Positions 19,656-28,424 of a stretch of DNA of 64,000 nucleotides are shown here, in pieces. Below the pieces are notes generated by a model. That model did not search any database and was not told the DNA's origin. It was given only the letters and a program-made list of their open reading frames with translations. Numbering within the stretch: position 1 is the first letter of the stretch; the number at the start of each line of letters is the position of its first letter. This DNA comes from Oscillospiraceae bacterium (GTDB lineage Bacteria; Bacillota; Clostridia; Oscillospirales; UBA929). A program made the position numbers and the translations under genes. The stretch lies in NCBI GenBank assembly GCA_031556185.1, contig JAVBTN010000004.1:85034-149033 (forward strand), given 5' to 3'.

Positions 19656-20690
19656 TTATTCCCCTCCATCAGCTTCCAACGCCGACACGACGGCGTTGAG
19701 AAGCGCATATGCGTGAGCGAAATCGGAAATGGCGGCTGTGGAGACCGGGCTGTGCAGATACCTGACCGCAATGGCAATCCCCAGCACGTCAACGCCCGCC
19801 CGCACTGACTGCACGGCGCTCGCGTCGGTACCGCCCGACACAAATGTCTTGTGCTGCCACAAAATACCGTGCTTGTCGGCCAGCGCTCTGGCCAGGGCTG
19901 TCAGACGCGGCGAGTAAACAGCGCCTCTGTCCATAAACGGAATGACAGCACCGCCGCCCGGATGGCATACCTGCTTGTGAGCGGGCAGATCCGGCCTGTC
20001 GGCCGCCGTAGTGGCCTCCACAATGATGGCCGCCCTGGGGTCAATGCCGAAGGCAGCGCCAAAGGCGCCGCGTGTGCCAACCTCCTCCTGCGCGGTAAAC
20101 ACCGTCCAGGTATCGCAAACGGGCCGGATTTCCGTGAGGCGACGCATCAGACAGGCGCAGCCAAAGCGGTCGTCAATGGCCTTGGCCTTCAGAAAGCCGC
20201 CGGGGAGATCTTCCGACACGGTAAAAAACGTGCATACGTCGCCCAGCGACACCAGGGAAGCGGCCTCCTCACGGCTGGAAGCGCCGATGTCAATATACAT
20301 GTCCTCCACTTTGGGAACCTTTTTTTCCTCCTGTTTGTCAACCAGATGATAGGCTTTGATGCCGATCACGCCGTTATGCCTGCCTGGGCCGACGGTCACG
20401 CGGCGGCCCAGCAGCACACGCCTGTCAATGCCGCCCACACAGCCAAATCTAAGGTAGCCCTCGTCGGTGATGCACTTGACGATGAGACCCACCTCGTCCA
20501 TGTGCGCGCACAGCATAATGGGGCGTCCGCCCGGGCGGGAACCGCGCTGAAAGATTAGCAGGTTGCCCAGCGCGTCCTCACGTATTTCATCGGCATAGGC
20601 CATGACGCGTTCACGGATGAAGTCGCGCACATCGTCCTCATAGCTCGATACGCCGCTAAGTTCACACAATGCTTTCACAAGCTCAGTCAT
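19656..20690 (-). CDS. M42 family metallo-aminopeptidase (copy 2)
   Basis: AHMDEVG, KAIDDR, QEEVGTRGA, GGTDA, RYLHS. Confidence 0.92.
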   Translation of the reverse strand: MTELVKALCELSGVSSYEDDVRDFIRERVMAYADEIREDALGNLLIFQRGSRPGGRPIMLCAHMDEVGLIVKCITDEGYLRFGCVGGIDRRVLLGRRVTVGPGRHNGVIGIKAYHLVDKQEEKKVPKVEDMYIDIGASSREEAASLVSLGDVCTFFTVSEDLPGGFLKAKAIDDRFGCACLMRRLTEIRPVCDTWTVFTAQEEVGTRGAFGAAFGIDPRAAIIVEATTAADRPDLPAHKQVCHPGGGAVIPFMDRGAVYSPRLTALARALADKHGILWQHKTFVSGGTDASAVQSVRAGVDVLGIAIAVRYLHSPVSTAAISDFAHAYALLNAVVSALEADGGE

Positions 20691-21721
20691 ATGCCGCCCC
20701 CCGCTTTCAAGGACAAGAGAAAGTGCGCCAAGAGTTGCGCCGTGTTCTCCATATCGTCGAGATGAAGAGTCTCAATGGGTGTGTGCATGTATTTAAGGGG
20801 AAGAGATACCACCGCCGTAGCCACGCCGGAGCGTCCTACCTGCGCCGGCCACGCGTCTGTGCCGGTATGGCCTTCCATGACTTCAATCTGATGAGGAATG
20901 GCGGCCGCCTTGGCCGTCTCGACCAGCTCGCGCGCCACGCGCCGATGACAGCCGGGCCCCATGCCGATGCAGGGACCACCGCCCAGTGTGAAGGTCCTGT
21001 CCTTGGGAGCGTCGGGCGTGGCGGCGTGCGTGACATCCACCGCGAAGAAGATGTCGGGGTCGGCGTCAAACGCGGCTACCTTGGCCCCGCGCGCACCGAC
21101 CTCCTCCTGCGCCGACCCGCAGACCACCAGGTGGACGGCCAGCGGTTTGTCTCCCAACAGCGCCAGTGTGCGCAGCAAGATGGCAAAGCAGGCGCGGTCG
21201 TCAAACGAGTGCCCAGACAGCTGTTTGGTGCCCAAGGCAAAAGGCGCACCCGTGAAGACGCCTTGCGTGCCGATCGGCACGCGCACGGGCGCCTCCTCTT
21301 CGCACAGCCCCACATCGATGAACAGCTCGTCGGCGGGAATGGACTTGTCATGGTCTTCCGGCTGCTGGACATGCGGCGGCAAACAGGCGACAACGCCCGT
21401 TATTGGCGGATCGACGCACAGTGCGATTTCCCGGTTGGGCAACATGCGCGTGTCAATGCCGCCGATCAGGCAAAAACGCACATAGCCTTTGTCGTGCCCG
21501 GTCACCATAAAGCCGATTTCGTCCAGGTGAGCGGCCAGCATGACCGTCTGCGCGTCCGGCACCTGACTGCGACGGTATCCCAGCAGGTTGCCCAGCGCGT
21601 CTGTGCGGGTGCTCTCCACCAACGGCGCAAGCAAAGTCTGCGCCTGACGCAAAGCAGGCCCTTCAAAGCCAGAGGGGCCAGGAAGGGTCGTCAGCGCCGT
21701 CAACATCTCTCTTATCTCCAT
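20687..21721 (-). CDS. M42 family metallo-aminopeptidase (copy 1)
   Basis: AHLDEIG, FDDRA, QEEVGARGA, AVDVT, TGTDA, KYMHT. Confidence 0.92.
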   Translation of the reverse strand: MEIREMLTALTTLPGPSGFEGPALRQAQTLLAPLVESTRTDALGNLLGYRRSQVPDAQTVMLAAHLDEIGFMVTGHDKGYVRFCLIGGIDTRMLPNREIALCVDPPITGVVACLPPHVQQPEDHDKSIPADELFIDVGLCEEEAPVRVPIGTQGVFTGAPFALGTKQLSGHSFDDRACFAILLRTLALLGDKPLAVHLVVCGSAQEEVGARGAKVAAFDADPDIFFAVDVTHAATPDAPKDRTFTLGGGPCIGMGPGCHRRVARELVETAKAAAIPHQIEVMEGHTGTDAWPAQVGRSGVATAVVSLPLKYMHTPIETLHLDDMENTAQLLAHFLLSLKAGGGI

Positions 21722-21761
21722 GTAAAGGTTCCTCACTTTACTTATTGGCTGATGTTTCGGT

Positions 21762-23066
21762 TCACAGTTGCTGTTTCATGCTCACATACCGCGAAACCAC
21801 GCGCGAAAGCAAGCGCACGGGTTCATCCGCCTGACAAAACATACCCGATGCCTGCAACACGCGTGCGGCGTTTTGTTCGGTGGCGGTGCGATAGATGGCG
21901 GCCGCCTTGACATACAGCCGGTGTGAGCTGTCTGCCGGCCGGTCGGACAGCATGCCGAGCAGGGGATCGGTCAGCGAAGCGAACTGAAGTGCGTGGCGCC
22001 GCCCCAGGAAAAACAAATCCCGTCCGGCCGCGCGGGCGGCATCCTCACCGTCCAAGTAGGAAAAAACACACACCATACCGCGATTTCTCATGCGCGTCTG
22101 CGCAAAGGCGGACAAATCCGAAAGGCGGCTCTCGCAGGTGGACGAGCGCGCCTTGTACAGCAGTTCCAACACGCGGTTCATGTGGACAGTGCCCTTGCCC
22201 GGCTTCAAATAGGCCCGCACCTCGGTGTCAAACAGAACCAAGCCGACGCGGTCCCCCGAGGAGATCGCTACCTGCGCCATGGCCGCGGCCAGCTCAACGG
22301 CGCGGTCGAGTCTCGTGACTTCACCCATCGGCGCGTGCATCCAGCGGCCCATATCCACCGCGAGCAATATCTGCTGGTTGCGCTCCACGTCAAACACACT
22401 GGTCATTGGTTTGCCCACGCGCGCCGTGGCCATCCAGTTGATCTTTCGGTTGTCGTCGTCGGGCGTGTACTCCCGGATGCCGACAAATTCACTTCCCACG
22501 CCGCGCACGCAGTGCGACGACTGGTCGTCGCGGTCGAGCTGCCTGCGTTCAGCCAGCAGGCGATAGCGGCGCATGGGCTCCAAATCGGGATAGACCGGCG
22601 CATTGCCGGGGCAGGGCAACGCATAGCGCCGGGTGCTCAGACCCAATGGACCCGTCACCTGCACATAGCAGCATTCAAAGCGAAAAATGCCGCGCAGTGT
22701 TGGTTGAACGGCATAGGTATGCGTGACGCTTCCGTCGGCTTCACAGGTCATTTTGGGCGCCTGATGATCCCACAAAAAGCCTTCCGGCGGCGCATCGCTG
22801 ACGCGCATCGACAGTGCTCTCCGCGCGCGGGCGCGAATGGTCAGCGTGACCGAAGAGCGCCGCCGCAGTTCGAACGTCCGTTCAAAGGAGCGGTGCGCAG
22901 AAAAAGTCCGTTTGCGCGGGCAACAAATCCAATCCAGCATGAGCAGGACGGCAACGGCGGCATTGTATGCCCAGAAGAGTATCCAGGGCGCTTGCAGCAA
23001 TGCCCCCAGTCCGATTGCGGCCAACCCGCCCAGCAACAAAAACGCGGCTCTGCGTGTGATACCCAT
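21762..23066 (-). CDS. DUF58 (vWA-like) protein
   Basis: GSEFVGIREYTPDDDNRKINWMATAR and DMGRWM motifs, N-terminal TMs; follows MoxR. Confidence 0.88.
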   Translation of the reverse strand: MGITRRAAFLLLGGLAAIGLGALLQAPWILFWAYNAAVAVLLMLDWICCPRKRTFSAHRSFERTFELRRRSSVTLTIRARARRALSMRVSDAPPEGFLWDHQAPKMTCEADGSVTHTYAVQPTLRGIFRFECCYVQVTGPLGLSTRRYALPCPGNAPVYPDLEPMRRYRLLAERRQLDRDDQSSHCVRGVGSEFVGIREYTPDDDNRKINWMATARVGKPMTSVFDVERNQQILLAVDMGRWMHAPMGEVTRLDRAVELAAAMAQVAISSGDRVGLVLFDTEVRAYLKPGKGTVHMNRVLELLYKARSSTCESRLSDLSAFAQTRMRNRGMVCVFSYLDGEDAARAAGRDLFFLGRRHALQFASLTDPLLGMLSDRPADSSHRLYVKAAAIYRTATEQNAARVLQASGMFCQADEPVRLLSRVVSRYVSMKQQL

Positions 23067-23068
23067 GA

Positions 23069-24019
23069 TCAGCGGGGCACCCGAACGCCGGAGAGCAGCT
23101 GCACGAGGAGACGGTCGGCCGTGACGCCCTCCATTTCGGCGTCGGGGGTGAGCAGCAGCCGGTGGCGCAGCACAGGCAGCGCCAGCGCCTGCACATCCTC
23201 GGGAATGACAAAGTCGCGCCCCTCGAGCAGTGCGGAGGCTTTGGCGCACAGCAGCAGTGTAATCGAGGCGCGGGGCGAACCGCCGAGCAACACATGCCGT
23301 GAATTGCGCGTGGCGGCGACGATGTCGAGGATATACCCAAACAGGCTGTCGTCCACCCGCACGGCCTGCACCTGGCGGCGGCACTCCATGATGCCGGGCC
23401 CGTCGATGACCGGCGTCATGCGCACGGGGCCAAAATCACGCGGATTAAACCCGCCATTGGTCTGCCGCAAAACGGCATCTTCCTCCTGCCGCGTGGGATA
23501 GCCGATGACCAGCTTCATCATAAAGCGGTCGAGCTGCGCCTCAGGCAGGGGATAGGTGCCCTCAAACTCCACGGGGTTTTGTGTGGAGCACACCATAAAC
23601 GGTTGCGTCAGTTCATAATCGATTCCGTCGACCGAGATACGCCCCTCTTCCATGGCTTCCAACAGGGCAGACTGGGTTTTGGGCGGCGTGCGGTTGATTT
23701 CATCAGCCAACAGCAGCTGTGTAAACAGCGGCCCTCTTTTCAGATGAAACGAGTGTGAGGTCAAGTCAAAAACATTGGCGCCGATGATGTCCGATGGCAT
23801 CAGATCCGGCGTGAACTGCACACGGTGAAAGGCCACGCCCACGGCGTTGGCCAACGCGCGCACCGCCAGCGTTTTGCCCAGACCGGGCACGCCTTCGATG
23901 AGCACGTGACCGCCGGAAAACAGGCAGATGAGAAGATTGCGCAAAAACTCGTCCTGCCCGACAAAAACGCGCCCCACCTGCGCGCGGATATCGCTTGCCG
24001 CTTGTGTCATTGTTATCAT
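23069..24019 (-). CDS. MoxR family AAA+ ATPase
   Basis: GHVLIEGVPGLGKT, QFTPDLMPSD, LADEINRTPPKTQSALLEAM, TQNPVEFEGTYPLPEAQLDRF. Confidence 0.95.
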   Translation of the reverse strand: MITMTQAASDIRAQVGRVFVGQDEFLRNLLICLFSGGHVLIEGVPGLGKTLAVRALANAVGVAFHRVQFTPDLMPSDIIGANVFDLTSHSFHLKRGPLFTQLLLADEINRTPPKTQSALLEAMEEGRISVDGIDYELTQPFMVCSTQNPVEFEGTYPLPEAQLDRFMMKLVIGYPTRQEEDAVLRQTNGGFNPRDFGPVRMTPVIDGPGIMECRRQVQAVRVDDSLFGYILDIVAATRNSRHVLLGGSPRASITLLLCAKASALLEGRDFVIPEDVQALALPVLRHRLLLTPDAEMEGVTADRLLVQLLSGVRVPR

Positions 24020-24831
24020 AATCTGTTTGACTCCTCCCGCAGTCTATCCATTTCGGCGGCCAATGCCAAAGCGTGCGCATCCGGCAACCGATTGTTATTG
24101 TGATTGCTTGCGCTGGCCAACGCGGCCTCCACGGTCGGGAATCGCTCCTTCGTGGATTTGGTCAGGTGTTCATAGCAGAGCGAAAGAGCGTCCCCGGTCA
24201 AATGCGAGCGGGCCATGAGGGCGGCCAGCGCCTGCACATCTTCCTGCTCGCTGCGCCGGGTGCTGAGCTCTGTTTGTTTGGGCGGACCGACGCGCACGCC
24301 CCAAAGCAGCAATATCAACAGGACGGCCAGCCCAATTTGTGTAAACATCGCCACCAGCCAGTCGGGCAGCATGCTCACAGGTGTTTCACCCGGCGCGGTG
24401 CTTGCCAGACCGCCGCGCCCGTATTCGTCAAACCAGATGGGCATCTCCCTGTACGGCCAAAGCTCCTCGACAATTGACTGTACGGCTTCGGTGCTGATGC
24501 TTTCGTTGGTATACCAACCGGGGCCGTCGACGACAATCCGCACATTGCCTTTGGCCGTCCACGCGCGGAGATCGGCTTTTGACTCCGCCGTTAGCGCGCT
24601 TTCGCCAAACACGAGAATGACGCCGCTCTCCAGGCGGCCGATGTCGCTTGTCTTGCGGCGGGTTTGAAAACCCAGCTCTTCCAGTGTCAAATACAGGGCG
24701 CGCAAACCGTTGGGTTCATTGCTTCGTGAATCGTAGGACAGTGTGGTAGACGGCGGGCGGGTACCGGCGATGAGGCCGACAACCACAAAAAGGGCCATCA
24801 AAAAGACGATAATGCCATATTCCCGCCTCAT
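24016..24831 (-). CDS. DUF4350-like membrane-anchored protein
   Basis: N-terminal TM, PNGLRAL, WFDEY, C-terminal TM followed by RVGP; MoxR operon context. Confidence 0.7.
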   Translation of the reverse strand: MRREYGIIVFLMALFVVVGLIAGTRPPSTTLSYDSRSNEPNGLRALYLTLEELGFQTRRKTSDIGRLESGVILVFGESALTAESKADLRAWTAKGNVRIVVDGPGWYTNESISTEAVQSIVEELWPYREMPIWFDEYGRGGLASTAPGETPVSMLPDWLVAMFTQIGLAVLLILLLWGVRVGPPKQTELSTRRSEQEDVQALAALMARSHLTGDALSLCYEHLTKSTKERFPTVEAALASASNHNNNRLPDAHALALAAEMDRLREESNRL

Positions 24832-25439
24832 CCGGCCAGCCTCCCCTCGTACAGGGCTTCCTCCAGCAGACGACGCCAATGGAGATAATCCTGGACGGTG
24901 GCCGATTGGCCGCCAAAACGAGCGCGATTGAAGGCACGACAAAATTCTCCGAACAGGTTGGCTTCCGGCCGACCGGCCCGGCGCAGATCCAACAGATATT
25001 GCCGATTGGTGCGGCCTGTCTCCAGTGTCAAAAGACCCATGTCGCGCATGCGCAAGAGCGTGGATGAAAGCAAGCAGATCATGGCGCCCAGGCCGTCACC
25101 GGCTTCGGCGCATGCCTGGGCGCGCGCCAGCAGCCCGGCGGCTGACTGCGCGGATTGCAGCAAGGCGTCACGCGTCTGCCGCTGGGTGTGGCCCTGGCCG
25201 CGCCTGACCAGGAGCACCACAAAAAAGACGATGGCGCCCAGAACCATAAGTATAAACAAAAGCCCCAGCCAGTCGGCGCCGGTTCCGGCGCCGCGGAACA
25301 GCCGCCCCAAACCCTCGAACAGATCCCATAACCATTCGAGAAAGCGATCCAACAGGGTGGGGCCTTTTGGTTGAAATTCCGGCCGTGAGAGAATTTTACG
25401 CAGTGTGTCGTCCATTTTGTCAAGAGAGGGAAGTGTCAT
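24828..25439 (-). CDS. DUF4129-like membrane protein
   Basis: ILSRPEF, a TM segment, GRTNRQYL and FNRARFGG motifs. Confidence 0.75.
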   Translation of the reverse strand: MTLPSLDKMDDTLRKILSRPEFQPKGPTLLDRFLEWLWDLFEGLGRLFRGAGTGADWLGLLFILMVLGAIVFFVVLLVRRGQGHTQRQTRDALLQSAQSAAGLLARAQACAEAGDGLGAMICLLSSTLLRMRDMGLLTLETGRTNRQYLLDLRRAGRPEANLFGEFCRAFNRARFGGQSATVQDYLHWRRLLEEALYEGRLAG

Positions 25440-26425
25440 CAGACGCCACCATTGACCGGGAGCGGTGCCAACAAGTCGTTCTGCCGCAGCACGAGGTCGT
25501 ACCCGTCCCGACGGATGCGAATATCCTGATACATCAGCATCATGGAAATGGGCACCAGCGGAATCGTGAAGGAGGAGAAAAGCATATTGACGATGTTGCT
25601 CACGGGGGCGAAAAAGGCAGCCGATTGGGTCACAAGAGAAGCGGCGGCAATCGTCAGAAGACTCACCACCATCGTGATACCCCAAGTCAGCGTTATGAGG
25701 CCCACCATCCGCCAAAAGTTCTTGAAAAACAGAGAAAAGGCACGCCCGACGTAAGAAAAGCCATAACGAGCGTGCGAGATAGAAATCGGAAGGATAAGTT
25801 CGGGCCATGAAAGCAGCGCCATCACGACGGCAAAGGTCGGTATCATCAGGACGAACATGATCAGCACCGGCAGCCAAATGGCGATGCCGACTGTGGCCAC
25901 GGTGACAAGTGAAACGAGCAGTACCAGCACAATCAGCACAGGTATCAGGCAGACCGCTGTGGCCGCCACCATGAGGCCCCGCGCCAGCCATGTCCCGAGA
26001 AGTTTGCCGTATAGACCGCGCGTTCTGTTGAACCATTGCGCCGTGCTGCAAATCTCGCCGTGAAAATAGCCGCCGGTGACAAGAGAAATGCCCCCCATGA
26101 CAAACGGAGAGACGAACAGTGAAACGACAGACTGCACCAGAAGCATAACCAGGTTGGCCCTCATTAAGCCGGAATAGGCGTCCATGAACCGCATCATATC
26201 AATGGAAGTGGCCGTGGACGACTGCAGAATAGTCTGAAGGTAGTCGGGATTCACATAGGCTGCGTCTCCCAGAAAAAACAAGGCCACATAGCTCAAAAAT
26301 TGCCCCAACCCGCCTATCAGCACACCCAACAGCAGCATGGTTTTTAGATTTCGGCGGTAGACGCGAAATGTGTTGTCGATGATGGCGACGACTTTTTTGG
26401 GCTGAAGACCAAGAGGATAGGACAT
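25439..26425 (-). CDS. Polytopic membrane protein of the MoxR/DUF58 operon
   Basis: IIDNTFRVYRRN N-terminus and YQDIRIRRDGYDL C-terminus; about 6 TM segments. Confidence 0.75.
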   Translation of the reverse strand: MSYPLGLQPKKVVAIIDNTFRVYRRNLKTMLLLGVLIGGLGQFLSYVALFFLGDAAYVNPDYLQTILQSSTATSIDMMRFMDAYSGLMRANLVMLLVQSVVSLFVSPFVMGGISLVTGGYFHGEICSTAQWFNRTRGLYGKLLGTWLARGLMVAATAVCLIPVLIVLVLLVSLVTVATVGIAIWLPVLIMFVLMIPTFAVVMALLSWPELILPISISHARYGFSYVGRAFSLFFKNFWRMVGLITLTWGITMVVSLLTIAAASLVTQSAAFFAPVSNIVNMLFSSFTIPLVPISMMLMYQDIRIRRDGYDLVLRQNDLLAPLPVNGGV

Positions 26426-26446
26426 ATGATTTTTCTCCTTCCAGAT

Positions 26447-27424
26447 TTAGCCCATAGTCAAAGTGACACAAGCGTTGTACATGGATTCCTGCAGACCCTT
26501 TTTCATGGAGAGAGCTTCCTCAATGTCGATGTCGCACATCTCGCCATTTACGACGCAGATGACACGATTTTTTTGTCCGGACAACAGTGTCTCAACAGCA
26601 TACAGCCCCATGCGGGAAGCGGTTACACGGTCGCGCGCGTTCGGCCGGCCGCCGCGCTGAATATGACCCAAAATGGTCACCCGCGGATCCAGCCCGGTGG
26701 CCTCTTTTATCTGGATACCCACATCGGTGGCGCGACAGCAGCCCTCAGCCACGATTATGATAAAGTGGCTGCGGCCGTTGATGCGGGCTTTGCGAATCTT
26801 CTCAGCCACATCCTGCGAAAAATTGACCGGCTTTTCCGGCACCAGCACCGCCGTGGCACCCACGGCAATGCCGACATACAGCGCCAGATGACCGGCGTGG
26901 CGGCCCATAACCTCAACGACCGAGCAACGCTCGTGAGACTGCATGGTGTCACTGAGGCGGTCAATACACTCAATGGCAGTGTTGCAGGCCGTGTCAAATC
27001 CGATTGAATAGTGTGTGCAGGCGATGTCGTTGTCAATGGTGCCGGGAATGCCGATGACAGGCACACCCAACCGAGCAAGGTCAAGCCCGCCGCGGAATGT
27101 GCCGTCTCCGCCAATGGTGATGACACCGTCAATGCCAAGGTAACGGCATGTGTCCGCCGCTTTTTTTTGTCCCTCAGGTTCGAGGAATTCCGGGCAGCGG
27201 GCCGTGTAAAGCATGGTGCCGCCGCGGTTAGTCAAGCCGTTCACACTTTTGGCCGTCAATTCCACGATGTCGCCGTTGATCAGACCGTTGTAACCGCGCC
27301 GAATGCCCAGGCACTGCACGTTGTGAACGGAGGCAGTGCGGACAACGGCGCGAATGGCCGCGTTCATGCCGGGGGCATCGCCGCCGCTTGTCAGGACGCC
27401 AATGCGATTGATGGGTGTATCCAT
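26447..27424 (-). CDS. pfkA: ATP-dependent 6-phosphofructokinase
   Basis: TSGGDAPGMNAAIR, GGDGT, PGTIDND, EVMGR, LGHIQRGG. Confidence 0.96.
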   Translation of the reverse strand: MDTPINRIGVLTSGGDAPGMNAAIRAVVRTASVHNVQCLGIRRGYNGLINGDIVELTAKSVNGLTNRGGTMLYTARCPEFLEPEGQKKAADTCRYLGIDGVITIGGDGTFRGGLDLARLGVPVIGIPGTIDNDIACTHYSIGFDTACNTAIECIDRLSDTMQSHERCSVVEVMGRHAGHLALYVGIAVGATAVLVPEKPVNFSQDVAEKIRKARINGRSHFIIIVAEGCCRATDVGIQIKEATGLDPRVTILGHIQRGGRPNARDRVTASRMGLYAVETLLSGQKNRVICVVNGEMCDIDIEEALSMKKGLQESMYNACVTLTMG

Positions 27425-27459
27425 AATGAATTACAACCTCCAAAATCGATATCCCTTCT

Positions 27460-27488
27460 AGTTTACCCTCTTTTTTGCCGAAATGCAA
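27460..27488 (-). promoter_or_regulatory. SigA-type promoter for pfkA
   Basis: TTGCAT-N17-TAAACT on the minus strand. Confidence 0.5.
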
Positions 27489-27524
27489 TCAGTTTTACTT
27501 TGTTTTCAAAACATCTCTTTTTCA

Positions 27525-27553
27525 TTGTCACAGCCCGTCGGATATGCTATAAT
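27525..27553 (+). promoter_or_regulatory. SigA-type promoter for rlmB
   Basis: TTGTCA-N17-TATAAT with extended TG. Confidence 0.7.
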
Positions 27554-27591
27554 ATTTCCGAATTATAGTACGCTGCTGAGGAGGATTCCGT

Positions 27592-28341
27592 TTGGAGCAC
27601 CGAGTAGACGCGCAGGTGGAGGGGCGCCGCGCCGTGGCGGAGGCGCTGCGCGCAGGACGTCCGGTGGAAAGACTGTTGGTTTTAAAAGGGGCGGAAGGCA
27701 TGGGCGCCTTGGTGGCGCAAGCCCGTCAGGCCGGCGCCGTGGTCAGCTTTTGTGACCGGATCCGGCTGGATACCCTGTCGCAAACCCGCAATCACCAAGG
27801 GGTCATCGCCACGGTGGCTGCCTGGCGCTACCATACCGTGGAAGATATGCTGGCACTGGCACACAGAAAAGGTGAGCCGCCTTTTCTCGTTGTGTGCGAC
27901 GGCGTGGAGGATCCGGGCAATCTGGGTTCCATCCTGCGCACGGCCGAGACGGCTGGAGCGCACGGACTCATCGTGCCCAAGCGCAACAGCGCCGGACTCT
28001 CGCCGCTGACTGCCAAAGCCTCTTGCGGCGCGTTGGAGTATCTGCCCGTGGCCCGCGTGCCGGGCATACCGACGCTGCTGCGGCAGCTCAAGGAGAAAAA
28101 TGTATGGATATACGGGGCGGCGGCCGACGGCAATGTGTCTGTTTTTGACACCGATTTTGCCGGCGGCGTGGCGCTGGTGTTGGGGTCGGAGGGCGAAGGA
28201 ATGGCCCGGCTGACCCAGGAACAGTGCGATTTCTTAGTGAACATTCCCATGAGAGGGCATGTGTCGTCTCTCGGTGTGGCGGCGGCAGCAGCCGTGATGA
28301 TTTACGCGGTGGCGCGTGGGCGCATGACATCTGGCCGCTGA
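27592..28341 (+). CDS. rlmB: 23S rRNA (Gm2251) methyltransferase RlmB
   Basis: NHQGVIA, EDPGNLGSILRTA, LGSEGEG, IPMRGHVSSL SpoU motifs; TTG start after GAGGAGG. Confidence 0.92.
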   Translation: MEHRVDAQVEGRRAVAEALRAGRPVERLLVLKGAEGMGALVAQARQAGAVVSFCDRIRLDTLSQTRNHQGVIATVAAWRYHTVEDMLALAHRKGEPPFLVVCDGVEDPGNLGSILRTAETAGAHGLIVPKRNSAGLSPLTAKASCGALEYLPVARVPGIPTLLRQLKEKNVWIYGAAADGNVSVFDTDFAGGVALVLGSEGEGMARLTQEQCDFLVNIPMRGHVSSLGVAAAAAVMIYAVARGRMTSGR

Positions 28342-28424
28342 CGACACAAACCGCCGGAGCAGTATAACGCCGTCGGTCAAGGCCGAAACGGAGCCTCCAT
28401 AAGAGGGAACAGAGGGTGATACGC

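Noticed and set aside
23066-23384. Long N-terminal extensions in the ORF track for DUF58, DUF4129, iorA, iorB and others
   Set aside because: They overlap upstream genes; RBS position and translational coupling support the shorter starts
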